64,000 bases of DNA. It comes from Simkaniaceae bacterium (GTDB taxonomy: Bacteria > Chlamydiota > Chlamydiia > Chlamydiales > Simkaniaceae). How positions within the stretch are numbered: the first letter of the stretch is position 1; the number at the start of each line of letters is the position of its first letter. The translations under genes were made by a program, and so were the position numbers. Location: contig JASJDV010000018.1 of NCBI GenBank assembly GCA_030064985.1, forward strand, positions 6,056 through 70,055, read 5' to 3'. The notes under the pieces were generated by a model that worked only from the letters and a program-made list of their open reading frames with translations, was not told where the DNA came from and searched no databases. This document shows, one piece after another, positions 1 through 9,468 of the stretch.

Positions 1-22
1 AACACCCTATAGCTAAAGTTTT

Positions 23-1357
23 TTAAGCTTCGATATTGTGGCGGGTCATTTGAATTTGGCGACGCAAAACAGCGTCTGTTTCGAGTTGTTGTGCAATTTT
101 CTTCCAAGCATGAAGAAGGGTCGAGTGTGTTTTTCCCCCAAAGGCTGAAGCGATTTTTATCAGCGATTCTCCCAAAAGTTCTTTGGCCAGATACATCGCG
201 ATTTGACGAGGATAGGCTACTTGTTTTGCTCGAGAAGTTCCCCTTAAATCACTTTCCCGCACATTAAACATGGAAGCAACGCTATGGATAATGCGGTCTA
301 CAGAAATTTTAGAACGGGCAGGGGCTTGAAACATTTCGCTTAGGGTTGAGTCGACAACATCTTGTGAGGGTTTTAAATGCATGAGACGACAATAGGCGCT
401 CAGACGGTTAATGGCTCCTTCCAATTGGCGAACATTGTTATAGATGTGTTCTGCAATGTAAAAGGCAAGTTGGTTGGGAAGGTGGAGATCGACAGCCTCT
501 GCTTTATACTGAAGGATAGCCACGCGTGTTTCTAGATCAGGTGTTCCCATATGAGCGACCAGTCCCCATTCCATTCGTGCAATCATCCGTTCTGAAAGTT
601 TTAGCTGACCTGGTGGTTTATCGCTGGTAATGACGATCTGTTTATTTTGGTTGATAAGCACTTCGAACATGTTACAAAACTCTTCTTCAAAATTGAGCCG
701 ATTTTGCAAGAACTGAATATCATCTACTAAAAGAATGTCAAGACTGCGGTAGTAACGCTTCATCCTATCCACCGATTTATTGCGAAGGTGAAAGACTAAG
801 TCGTTGATGAAAGCTTCTGTTGTAATGCATTGAATGCGGAGCTTTTTATGGTGAGATTGAATGTGATGTCCAACTCCATGCAAAAGATGTGTTTTTCCGA
901 GTCCTACACCTCCATGAATAAAGAAAGGATTGTAGGATCTGCCTGGTTTAGCAGCGACGCCAAGGGCGGCAGATTTAATAAATTGGTTAGAAGGTCCTTC
1001 AATGAAATTTTCAAAGGTGTAGGACATATTAAAGGAAAGACTTTGTTCGAACTCTGATTTCTTTTTCGGCTTGGATTCAGGCTTTTTGAGAGCTTTTTTC
1101 TTTTCTCCTTCTTTAATTAAGAAAGAAATGAGAGGTTCTCCTTTTTTGTCTTTTGGGAAGAAACTTTTCAAAGCTTCCTTGTAATTATCGAGAAGATACT
1201 CTTGCACAAAAACATTCGGAACTTGGAGAGTGATTTGTTCACAATCGCTCACGTATTTTATGGGGGCAATCCAGTTTTCAAATTCAGCTCTGGAACAGCG
1301 GTTTTGCATGAACACTAAAAAATCTGACCAAGTTGCTTTTTTTGTTTCAAAAGACAT
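23..1357 (-). CDS. dnaA: Chromosomal replication initiator protein DnaA
   Basis: 444-aa ORF. AAA+ Walker [12 protein letters not shown] and Walker [10 protein letters not shown]-terminal DnaA DNA-binding signature ([19 protein letters not shown]...[11 protein letters not shown]). Confidence 0.97.
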   Translation of the reverse strand: MSFETKKATWSDFLVFMQNRCSRAEFENWIAPIKYVSDCEQITLQVPNVFVQEYLLDNYKEALKSFFPKDKKGEPLISFLIKEGEKKKALKKPESKPKKKSEFEQSLSFNMSYTFENFIEGPSNQFIKSAALGVAAKPGRSYNPFFIHGGVGLGKTHLLHGVGHHIQSHHKKLRIQCITTEAFINDLVFHLRNKSVDRMKRYYRSLDILLVDDIQFLQNRLNFEEEFCNMFEVLINQNKQIVITSDKPPGQLKLSERMIARMEWGLVAHMGTPDLETRVAILQYKAEAVDLHLPNQLAFYIAEHIYNNVRQLEGAINRLSAYCRLMHLKPSQDVVDSTLSEMFQAPARSKISVDRIIHSVASMFNVRESDLRGTSRAKQVAYPRQIAMYLAKELLGESLIKIASAFGGKTHSTLLHAWKKIAQQLETDAVLRRQIQMTRHNIEA

Positions 1358-1372
1358 GTAATGCTTCCACAG

Positions 1373-1393
1373 TTATCGACAATTTTTTCCACA
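1373..1393. promoter_or_regulatory. Pair of DnaA-box-like 9-mers just upstream of the dnaA start
   Basis: TTATCGACA (1373-1381) and TTTTCCACA (1385-1393) each differ by one base from the E. coli-type consensus TTATCCACA. They lie 16-36 nt upstream of the dnaA ATG. I do not know the box consensus for this lineage. Confidence 0.3.
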
Positions 1394-1653
1394 GGAAAAG
1401 TGTGGGGTTTTTTTTCGGCGTAACACTACCACCAACACGACTCTTTCAGCAACAAAAAATCGCACAAGCTATACCTTTTTTTGCTAACTTCTTGATACCC
1501 AAAATTAAGAATGCTCAATTAACTAAACGTTTCCGCTGATAGTAGTTCCCCTCTTACTCCTGCAGAAGGATAAGTAAATACAGAGGCGCGTTGCATTTCA
1601 AAAATGGGGTTTTGTCTATATCGACAAAAACCTCAAAATCTTGATTCTCATTC

Positions 1654-3945
1654 ATGCGCTGTTTAATTGGCAAGGGTCAATCGCTCTGGACAAGAATTTT
1701 GAGGTTCTTCTTGACAAACTCCCAATTTTTGAAATACGGTGCACGTTATGGCAAGAAACCTATCTACGGGGAAATTGTGGCGAAGAAGAGGAAGAAAGCT
1801 GAGAAAGAAGAGATATCGATTACGGCTGCGGTCGATAATCTCTCTGGAATAGCAGAACTTGGTGTTGCCGTAGAAAAAGAGGGAGAAACAACTGGAGTTA
1901 AGGGGCAACTCTATAAGTTTCAAGATCTAAAAGCTGAAGAAAAAGAAGAGATTCTTTTAGTAGTTAAAGGAACCTTTAAGACGGTCCACAAATACCTACA
2001 ACACGTTTACACAAAAGATAAAAAGCACTTTAAGGACCGTGATATGCAAAGGGGGATTAAGGCGATCATGGTCCTTGCTGATGAAGCAGCTGATAAGCTC
2101 AATAAATGTAGCGCGCTATTTAAACATACGTACAAAGAAGGAAAGGTTGCTGAGATTAAAGAATATAAGGATCTCAAGACCTACTTTAAGAAAAATATTC
2201 TTAAGCGTTTTGAAGAAGTCTTGGTTTCTGAGACTAAGTGGCAAGAAGAGTGGGCTGTTGAAGATGAGACAATTGATATTGGGAGGCAGGGGTTAAAAGA
2301 CTTAGAAATGGTCAAGCGCGATAAAGAGTATGAACTCTTTTACATTCGTAAAGATGATGGCAAACCTTTTTTTAACCGCAACCTTCTCCGTCATATCAAG
2401 CTTGTCAGTGATTTTGACGAGCTTGTCAGGGAATTTGAAGGAGAAGATCCTCTGCTTAGGATTCATATTCTCTTAGATCATGAAGCACACAGCATTGCTC
2501 AAGAGATTCGAGAAAGCGCTAAAATTGACTTGGGAAATTTTTATGCAGCTGCACTTCACCACAAGGAAGTTCCCTTTGTAGGCGTAATGCTCAAGCTGAC
2601 CATGTCTTTGATGCTCGCTTGCAATCCTCATAACCGGCTTGAAAATACGATGGGGAAAGTCTGCACACGTTATTTGAAAGACTTTCATCATTTTTTACGA
2701 GATATCCTCGATTCTCCTGATTATCAAAAGTTCATCAGCGTTTCTATAGAAGAAACAGATCGGCTAGCACGGGCAATTCTCCATTTAATTCACGCCTTTT
2801 GTTTTGCCTTTTTTACTCACAGTGGAAAAAAACAGGAAATGCTTGACTATTTACATGATCTGATCAAACGGGCTTGGGATGGAGAAGCTCCTGCAAGGGT
2901 ACCAGGAATCACAACCGATCATTTTATGTCTCAGATCTTTACTATTCACGATCGTGTGAGCGAAATGCTCAAAAAGTTTCCGAGCGGCCCGCTCTTTAAG
3001 ATTTTGGATATTTTTCAAGACCGAAACAAGAAAGAAGGATTTGATCCTATCAACCAAGGAAATCCTCCTTACTATCTGTATACGTTTTCAAGCGAGGCCT
3101 TTGATTCTTCCTGTTTAAAAATTCCATGCCCGACTTTTCATACCCATATTAACAAGGCAGAAGTGATTCATGAGTTTGAAGGGTTTCTTCGCCATTTCGA
3201 AGCAAAGAAAGAGCTACAAAAACACCTCCATTTTAATCTTCAGGATCGGACTTCATGGGAAGAACATGCAAGATGCGAGGCTTTAGAAAAACTTCAGAAA
3301 AAAGCTGAATTTTCGAACCAGTTCGTTTTAGCTACTCTTCCTAAGAAAAATAATTTTTACTTCCAAACAGAAGACTATCTTAAAGTGGATCGGACCGAAG
3401 GCTTTATCAAGCTCTTAGAAGAGCAGGTGAAAAGTGGGGAGGAGTGTGGGTGTTTCTTTTCAAAGCAAATCGATAAAAAAAAGCTGCAGACCTATGTGAA
3501 AAAGATTATCCCTATAATCCATACCAACTTCTTTAAAAAGAAGGTCAAACTCCCGCGCAAAGAACGCTTAGATTTTATTGAGATTTTTTACCTCTTTTTA
3601 GAATTAAAAATTCTCGAGATGGTTAAGCCTGCTACTTTTACTTTTTCTTGTAAAGATGGAGTCGATATTGGAGCGACTGCGAGTGCTGCCTTTTTCACCC
3701 TTCTCAAATTCCTTGGGAAAAATGAAAAATGGAGTTTAAAGGAGCAAGATCATCTAGTGTGGACTTTATGTGGGCCTGCTCTTACTATTCGTGAGCGTCT
3801 TGTTGATTACCAGAGATTGAGTCGCATGGCGAGCGCCTTGAGTATTCTAGCTACTTACTTTGCGAGAGATCATGATAAGATCCTTAAAGTCTTGCAACCT
3901 CTTTTCAGAGCAAAATTTTTCCAGCAGATCGAAGGAGAATTTTAA
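1654..3945 (+). CDS. Hypothetical protein, no family recognised
   Basis: 763-aa uninterrupted ORF divergent from dnaA. The N-terminal third is Lys/Glu-rich and helical-looking. The true start is uncertain because the first ~40 residues look non-native and several internal Met/Val candidates exist. Confidence 0.6.
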   Translation: MRCLIGKGQSLWTRILRFFLTNSQFLKYGARYGKKPIYGEIVAKKRKKAEKEEISITAAVDNLSGIAELGVAVEKEGETTGVKGQLYKFQDLKAEEKEEILLVVKGTFKTVHKYLQHVYTKDKKHFKDRDMQRGIKAIMVLADEAADKLNKCSALFKHTYKEGKVAEIKEYKDLKTYFKKNILKRFEEVLVSETKWQEEWAVEDETIDIGRQGLKDLEMVKRDKEYELFYIRKDDGKPFFNRNLLRHIKLVSDFDELVREFEGEDPLLRIHILLDHEAHSIAQEIRESAKIDLGNFYAAALHHKEVPFVGVMLKLTMSLMLACNPHNRLENTMGKVCTRYLKDFHHFLRDILDSPDYQKFISVSIEETDRLARAILHLIHAFCFAFFTHSGKKQEMLDYLHDLIKRAWDGEAPARVPGITTDHFMSQIFTIHDRVSEMLKKFPSGPLFKILDIFQDRNKKEGFDPINQGNPPYYLYTFSSEAFDSSCLKIPCPTFHTHINKAEVIHEFEGFLRHFEAKKELQKHLHFNLQDRTSWEEHARCEALEKLQKKAEFSNQFVLATLPKKNNFYFQTEDYLKVDRTEGFIKLLEEQVKSGEECGCFFSKQIDKKKLQTYVKKIIPIIHTNFFKKKVKLPRKERLDFIEIFYLFLELKILEMVKPATFTFSCKDGVDIGATASAAFFTLLKFLGKNEKWSLKEQDHLVWTLCGPALTIRERLVDYQRLSRMASALSILATYFARDHDKILKVLQPLFRAKFFQQIEGEF

Positions 3946-3978
3946 GTTCTACCCTGGATTGCAAAGAAGTCCTTACGG

Positions 3979-4536
3979 TTAATTAAGCTCTAAATCTTCT
4001 GGCAGGAGAGAAAGAGTTTTATATTTTCCTCCCATTTCTCTAAGAAGGGTTTGCCAAAGCTTAGCCGCAGGGCTGTTGAAGATATGTTCTTTGGTTGCCG
4101 GAAAAAGAAACCATGCGCCACTAAGGAATTCTCTTTCCAAAGCGCCTGAAGCCCATCCTCCATATCCAAAACAAAGAAGCGTTTGAGGAATCCTCTCTTT
4201 TTCCTGTATAGACTCTACATCCCCATTTAGGTAGACACCTTCACAGATCTGTAGGCTTGTCTCTTCATCCCGTCGCTGATCTTGGATGAGCATCACTTGA
4301 TTGGGTTGATTCGGACCACCCGCGCGCATGTCAATTTGCGTATCAGATCCTGCAAGGCCAAAGAAATCTTCTTCTAATTGAACATCCAAGGGTTTGTTCA
4401 CAATCAAACCAAAAGACCCCACAGGACTATGGTCACAGAGGAGGACAACGCTGCGGTAAAAGATTCCTTCTTCGATATTGGGGCTAGCGATCAGGAAGGT
4501 TCCTTTTTTTAACTCTGCATAAGGAATATTTGCCAT
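3979..4536 (-). CDS. yqgE: YqgE/AlgH family protein (UPF0301)
   Basis: 185 aa. N-terminus LKKGTFLIASPNIEEGIFYRSVVLLCDHSPVGSFGLIVNKPL and later GGPNQPNQVMLI...GYGGWASGALE match the family pattern. Confidence 0.85.
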   Translation of the reverse strand: MANIPYAELKKGTFLIASPNIEEGIFYRSVVLLCDHSPVGSFGLIVNKPLDVQLEEDFFGLAGSDTQIDMRAGGPNQPNQVMLIQDQRRDEETSLQICEGVYLNGDVESIQEKERIPQTLLCFGYGGWASGALEREFLSGAWFLFPATKEHIFNSPAAKLWQTLLREMGGKYKTLSLLPEDLELN

Positions 4537-4711
4537 ATTTTACCCATAGCAAACAGGAAAATATTTTGCTACACTTGGTTTAGTCGAGATGCTCTCTACT
4601 TGCCTCATTTCTTTTTGTAAGAGCAATTTTATCTTTCCCTGAATCTAATACAGCGCAATAAGAACCTCGTTTCTTATCGGTGGTAGCCTTGCATCAGCCT
4701 GAACAATGGAT

Positions 4712-5584
4712 TTAGTGTTTTGACGTGATGCAAGCGAGGCTTTTAAGCAGTGCGATTTCATCTTTCCACATAACATCGCCGTTAGGAGTTTCTAGATATT
4801 TTGGGATAAGACGCATTTTAGGATGCGTCATCATCGTTTCAAAGCATTTGAGACCAATCGCACCCTTCCCAAGATTGGCGTGGCGATCTTTTCGAGAGCC
4901 AAAAGGTTGAAGAGAGTCATTTACATGAAATGCATAGAGGTGTTTGAGGCCGATTTTTTCGTCGAATTCATTGAGAGTTTTTTCCCAAGCAGCTGCGTTG
5001 CGAATATCATAGCCCGCAGCAAAAATATGACAAGTATCGATGCAAACTCCGATAGGAATTTTACCTTCTACCCTTTCAATAATATAGCCAAGATGATCGA
5101 AGCGGTGACCTACCGTGCTTCCTTGCCCTGCAGTCGTTTCAAGTAAAAGGCGCGTTTTTTTATTTTTTAGTAGGGGTTCTAAGGTGACTAAGCTTTCAAT
5201 AATTCGGTCAAGGCATTCTTCTTCAGGGGCACCTGTTGCGCTTCCAGGATGAAAATTCATGTAAGTAAGGTCTAGCGCTAGGCAGCGCTGAATTTCTTCT
5301 CGTAAAGCCTTTCGACTTTTTTCTAAGAGTTCTTCTTTATTTGATCCAAGATTAATCAAATAGCTATCATGACTCATAATATCGGTGATGCCACTAGCTA
5401 GGAGATGCTCTTTCCATAGAGTCAGATCTTCATCTGAAAAGATCCGTCCGGTCCATTGTTTTTGGTTGCTAGTAAAGATTTGGATGGTTGTTGCGCCTAT
5501 TTTTTGGCCTCTGATGAGACCATTGTGCACACCTCCCGCTGTGGAAGTATGTGCACCGATCAGTAGCTGCTTTTTTCCATCCAT
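4712..5584 (-). CDS. nfo: Endonuclease IV (AP endonuclease family 2)
   Basis: 290 aa. IGAHTSTAGG start, LETTAGQG, and HVNDS...GSRKDRHANLGKG metal-site motifs typical of Nfo. Its ATG overlaps the rpsD stop (TAATG). Confidence 0.93.
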   Translation of the reverse strand: MDGKKQLLIGAHTSTAGGVHNGLIRGQKIGATTIQIFTSNQKQWTGRIFSDEDLTLWKEHLLASGITDIMSHDSYLINLGSNKEELLEKSRKALREEIQRCLALDLTYMNFHPGSATGAPEEECLDRIIESLVTLEPLLKNKKTRLLLETTAGQGSTVGHRFDHLGYIIERVEGKIPIGVCIDTCHIFAAGYDIRNAAAWEKTLNEFDEKIGLKHLYAFHVNDSLQPFGSRKDRHANLGKGAIGLKCFETMMTHPKMRLIPKYLETPNGDVMWKDEIALLKSLACITSKH

Positions 5585-6204
5585 TAGTGAGTGTGCGCTA
5601 AGAATTCGCAGACAAGCGCGATGTTAATGGGAAGAGTGAGAACAATTTGGTCAGCTTCCGGAGTTGAAAGAAGCTGTCCAGAGAAGTTCTTCTCATCAAG
5701 AGAGAGGTATTCTGGAACAGTTCGTGAAGTATTTTCAACGCACTCTTTAAGTCCCTTCCTATTCTTTGACTTTTCTTTGACAGAAATAGTCATTCCAGGC
5801 TTAACGAGGAATGAGCGGACATCCACTTTTTTGCCATTGACAAGGATGTGCCCATGCGCAACCATTTGTTGAGCTTGAAAAATTGTTGACGCAAGTTTTA
5901 GCTTGTAGACGATGTTATCTAGACGGCATTCTAGACGTTGAAGGAGAAGATGCGCAGCATTGCCTTCTTTTTTAACAGCTTCATGAAAATAACTGAGCAC
6001 TTGCTTGTCGCTAAGCATTCCATAAACAGCTTTTAATTTTTGTTTTTCTTCGAGCTGAATTCCGTAGTCTGATTTTTTTTTCCGTTTTGCGCCGTGCATT
6101 CCAGGAGGATTTGGTTTATGTAAGAGGGGATTGCGCAAGCGTCCAAAGATGTTCACTCCGAAACGACGAGCAATGCGGTTTTTCGGACCAGTGTAGCGAG
6201 ACAT
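5584..6204 (-). CDS. rpsD: 30S ribosomal protein S4
   Basis: 206 aa. [17 protein letters not shown]-terminus, and an S4 RNA-binding domain ([34 protein letters not shown]). Confidence 0.97.
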   Translation of the reverse strand: MSRYTGPKNRIARRFGVNIFGRLRNPLLHKPNPPGMHGAKRKKKSDYGIQLEEKQKLKAVYGMLSDKQVLSYFHEAVKKEGNAAHLLLQRLECRLDNIVYKLKLASTIFQAQQMVAHGHILVNGKKVDVRSFLVKPGMTISVKEKSKNRKGLKECVENTSRTVPEYLSLDEKNFSGQLLSTPEADQIVLTLPINIALVCEFLAHTH

Positions 6205-6632
6205 TAAATACTCCTTGTGATGAAAGACCTTCTACCTTAGCGCAAATGACACATTTTGTACAAGTGCTATGCTGTCTAATTTTCTTAAAAAATAGTAAAA
6301 AAATATTGGGAGATGGGTGACTGTTCCCTTTTTTGCCATGAAGCCATCTTTTGCACTAGATAAACCTATCCCGACGTAAAGATATTTTTTATTTGACACT
6401 TTTAGCTATTGCCACATCCAAAAAATCCTGATCTTCCAGAGAAGCTTCAAGAAAAGCTTGCTTTGATGGATGTGTACAAGAAAGAGGACTCATTTTGAAA
6501 AGGAAATTAGAAGAGAAATAGTTTTTGCTTGAGCACCAGCTAATCGGTACTGAAAATCGACGAGAAGCCCTTCTTGCTTAAAATCCATTTGATCCGCTAA
6601 CATTTTCCATAAAAATCGCTCTAAAGGTTTCC

Positions 6633-7598
6633 ATGGACTATTCAGTGTTAGCTTTTTATGTTTTCAAAGAAATTGATAAGCCCCATCGTGAAATTGAAAG
6701 GTGGAAACGTTTTCTTGTAGAAAAAGACGCACTGGGCCGCATTTACATCAACGAGAAAGGTATCAATGCTCAAATGAGCATTTTGGAAAAAGAGGCTTCT
6801 GATTTTTATGAGTGGTTTTGGGGAGATGAACGTTACAAAAAGACTGAAATCAAAGTCCACCGTTCCCCTGAACAAGCTTTTCCAAAGTTAACCATCAAGT
6901 ACCGCCTGCAACTTGCTGCAATGGATAGCGATTATGATTTATCGCGCGCAGGCAAACATTTATCGAGTGATGAATGGGAAAAAATGCTTGAACAAAGAGA
7001 TGAGAACACAGTCATTCTAGATGTTCGCAACGACTATGAATGGGAGGTGGGACATTTTCAAGGAGCAGAAAAGCCTCAACTTAAAACCTTTCGAGAATTT
7101 CCCAAATACGCTGAAGAACTGAAAAAAAAGCATGATCCTAAAAAGACAAAAGTGCTGATGTACTGCACGGGTGGGATTAGATGCGAACTCTACTCCTCTT
7201 TAGTGAAAGACCAAGGTTTTGAAGAGGTTTACCAGTTAGAAGGTGGAATTATTAAATATGGTCTTGAAAAAGGGAATAAGCATTGGAGAGGAAACCTCTT
7301 TGTTTTCGACGATCGTCTAGTTGTTCCTATCAGCGATAAAGAAAAATCGGAAGTGATCAGCCACTGTTGTCATTGTGATGCAACAGTAGATACCTATTAT
7401 AACTGCGCAAATATGGATTGTAATCAACTGTTTATCAGTTGCAAGTCTTGTGCGGAAAAAATCAAAGGTTGCTGCAGAGAGTCTTGCGTGGATGCTCCCC
7501 GTGTTCGCCCTTTCCAGGCATCTAATCATCCGAAGCCTTTTAGAAAGCTTCGATTCGAAGAAAAGGTCAAGCTTCACAAAAATCAACCCAATCCTTAA
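6633..7598 (+). CDS. trhO: Rhodanese-domain tRNA uridine(34) hydroxylase (UPF0176/YceA family)
   Basis: 321 aa. N-terminal LAFYVFKEI...GRIYINEKGINAQMS, a rhodanese active-site loop MYCTGGIRCE, and a Cys-rich C-terminal tail. Confidence 0.88.
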   Translation: MDYSVLAFYVFKEIDKPHREIERWKRFLVEKDALGRIYINEKGINAQMSILEKEASDFYEWFWGDERYKKTEIKVHRSPEQAFPKLTIKYRLQLAAMDSDYDLSRAGKHLSSDEWEKMLEQRDENTVILDVRNDYEWEVGHFQGAEKPQLKTFREFPKYAEELKKKHDPKKTKVLMYCTGGIRCELYSSLVKDQGFEEVYQLEGGIIKYGLEKGNKHWRGNLFVFDDRLVVPISDKEKSEVISHCCHCDATVDTYYNCANMDCNQLFISCKSCAEKIKGCCRESCVDAPRVRPFQASNHPKPFRKLRFEEKVKLHKNQPNP

Positions 7599-7795
7599 GA
7601 GTGACCCGGTGGTTTTTTCTTGTCAATAAGCTCTATGGCTGCGGCTTTTAAAGTCTTAAGACCTTCTTCAAACCCAACTTCAACAAGTATTTGATCAAGA
7701 TATCTCATTTCTGACTGAAGTTGATCACACATTGACTCTAATTTCGCGATCTTTCTAAGTAATTTATGCTCTTCCACGATCGTTCCTCCTTTCAT
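7595..7795 (-). CDS. Small helical/coiled-coil hypothetical protein
   Basis: 66-aa ORF convergent with trhO. A strong AAGGAGG sits inside the 5' end, 7 nt before an in-frame GTG at 7777, so a 60-aa product starting there is equally likely. Confidence 0.45.
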   Translation of the reverse strand: MKGGTIVEEHKLLRKIAKLESMCDQLQSEMRYLDQILVEVGFEEGLKTLKAAAIELIDKKKPPGHS

Positions 7796-8413
7796 CTAGG
7801 TTCTTTGAAAAATCCATGCCAAAGTAATCCCGAGCGAGAATTTTTCATAATGCTTTAAGAATCAGTAGCAAATGATAAAGACGTTTGCAGAAAACTTTTT
7901 TTATGATAGGACAAAGAAAAAAATAGCGAGGATGAAATGGACCGTGGTCTTTCCCTTTTATTTCGTTTAATGCGCGCTTTTTGGGTTCTGATTGGAAACC
8001 CAGAAAATGAGGATCAAAACAAAATTTTTATCGATGAAACCGATCAAGATGAGTAGTTTTTTCTTAGCGATGGGCTTGATTGAGATTCACAATGAAATCA
8101 TAACTGTTTCATTTCAATAGGATAAGCAAATCTTTCCAGAAAATCATTACTCTGAATGATCCTGTGGTAGGAAATGATTAGAAGGTAGGTTTTTTGTTGC
8201 AAATATTGCCGATTGCACGGGCATCTTTTTCTCGTCCCGTTAAGGCAATACTTTCTCCGTAAATCGAATTGGGTTTTTTAAGATCGAGAATAGTGGCTTC
8301 TTTGCGTTTAAAGTAATTTTTTCTCCACTCCTAAGATTTTTCTCTGATGGTGACCTCCAAAGAAGTGGCAACTAAACCTTTCTGAACCAGCAAGGGTGAT
8401 CTATTTGTGAATC

Positions 8414-9445
8414 TTATCCCTTTTTAAGTGATTCTTTGTTGAAAACGCGCTCACTCATAATCGCAATATTTTCTTCAACTTCGCAGAGTTCTCTATACCT
8501 TTCTTTGCTAACAGCTTGATTGTTATAAAAGAAGTGGGTGCGTGACATTCCATCAAAAAAGACTGTTGAAGGGCCATGTTTTTGACCTTCCATCCATGCG
8601 TTTTCTTCTACAACTGTTTCGCCATCAACGAAATGACGTTCTTTTCCGTGCTTTAAACCTTCGCGGTAATTGGTTTCAAGATAGCGACAGCCATTTTGAT
8701 AGTAGGTTGCAGGGCCATGGAGAACATCAAGCTTATAAGATTCGATGGAAATAGGCTCCCCTGTTGGGGCAAAGACTTTCTTTTGTCCATGGAGTTTTCC
8801 TCCAGAGAGAGGAAGAACAGTGTGGGGAATTCCATGGGGATGGAAAGTTTCCCTTAAGACAGCAAATCCATTTTCCATCGTTTCTTTAGCGATAATGTTT
8901 TCGTGTTGGTCTCTTGTAATCCGGACACCCGATCCTTTTATGACACGGCTAGTTGTCTCATTTTTCTCATTATAATATTCACCCTCAAGGAGTTCTTTAT
9001 TATGATATTCTTCAACGCTAAGTGGAGTTCCTTTTTGGTACCACTTTGTTGTTTTAACATGAGAAGGCGAAAGAAAGATTTGTTCTTGTTGGGGGATGCC
9101 TCGAATGTTGTATGTTACCTTTTTGACGAGATTTCCTCTTTCATAAATATGTAAAGATTCTGTTGTATGAGAGTGGGGAAAAGTATGAGTGGTAGGACCG
9201 TGGAGGACTCCATGTTCATAAGAGGCCGTTACAGTCACACCGCTCCGGAGAGTGGTGATCACTTGACCGGGATAGCTTGCTCCGTTCCATTCTTCTTTAG
9301 ACACATCGTATCCATATTTGTGGATATACCGTTTTGAAACAATATTTTCGTTTTGATCTTTGCTCAAATTCTGACAGCTAAAAGCAAATAGGCCAGAAAG
9401 TGCAATGTAAAGAGAAGAAAACTTTTTCATAGTCGACCTCATCAA
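8414..9445 (-). CDS. Lipoprotein with MORN-variant (YwqK-type) repeats
   Basis: 343 aa. Signal peptide ending in the lipobox-like LFAFSC. The body is built from recurring G..HG....Y units (YEHGVLHGPTTHTF, GKLHGQKKVF, LDVLHGPATYYQNG, REGLKHGKERHF, EGQKHGPSTVFF). Confidence 0.7.
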   Translation of the reverse strand: MMRSTMKKFSSLYIALSGLFAFSCQNLSKDQNENIVSKRYIHKYGYDVSKEEWNGASYPGQVITTLRSGVTVTASYEHGVLHGPTTHTFPHSHTTESLHIYERGNLVKKVTYNIRGIPQQEQIFLSPSHVKTTKWYQKGTPLSVEEYHNKELLEGEYYNEKNETTSRVIKGSGVRITRDQHENIIAKETMENGFAVLRETFHPHGIPHTVLPLSGGKLHGQKKVFAPTGEPISIESYKLDVLHGPATYYQNGCRYLETNYREGLKHGKERHFVDGETVVEENAWMEGQKHGPSTVFFDGMSRTHFFYNNQAVSKERYRELCEVEENIAIMSERVFNKESLKKG

Positions 9446-9468
9446 TTTATTTTTCTGAGCATAACATT

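Noticed and set aside
3649-3672. CKDGVDIG in the 763-aa orphan protein resembles the CX5R(T/S) loop of SopB/IpgD-type phosphoinositide phosphatases (CKSGKDRT).
   Set aside because: The essential Arg position is Ile, and no other phosphatase landmark was seen. A single 8-residue resemblance is easily chance.
6330-6620. Two adjacent small minus-strand ORFs in different frames (MDFKQEGLLVDFQYRLAGAQAKTISLLISFSK and MSPLSCTHPSKQAFLEASLEDQDFLDVAIAKSVK) in the rpsD-trhO spacer, considered as a frameshifted small gene.
   Set aside because: No family is recognisable and no SD is present. The spacer must also hold the divergent rpsD and trhO promoters and leaders, so the evidence is insufficient.
7595-7598. 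The convergent genes trhO and the 66-aa ORF share a palindromic TTAA, so that their stop codons overlap.
   Set aside because: This is a trivial consequence of TAA stops on both strands, and no functional implication can be supported.
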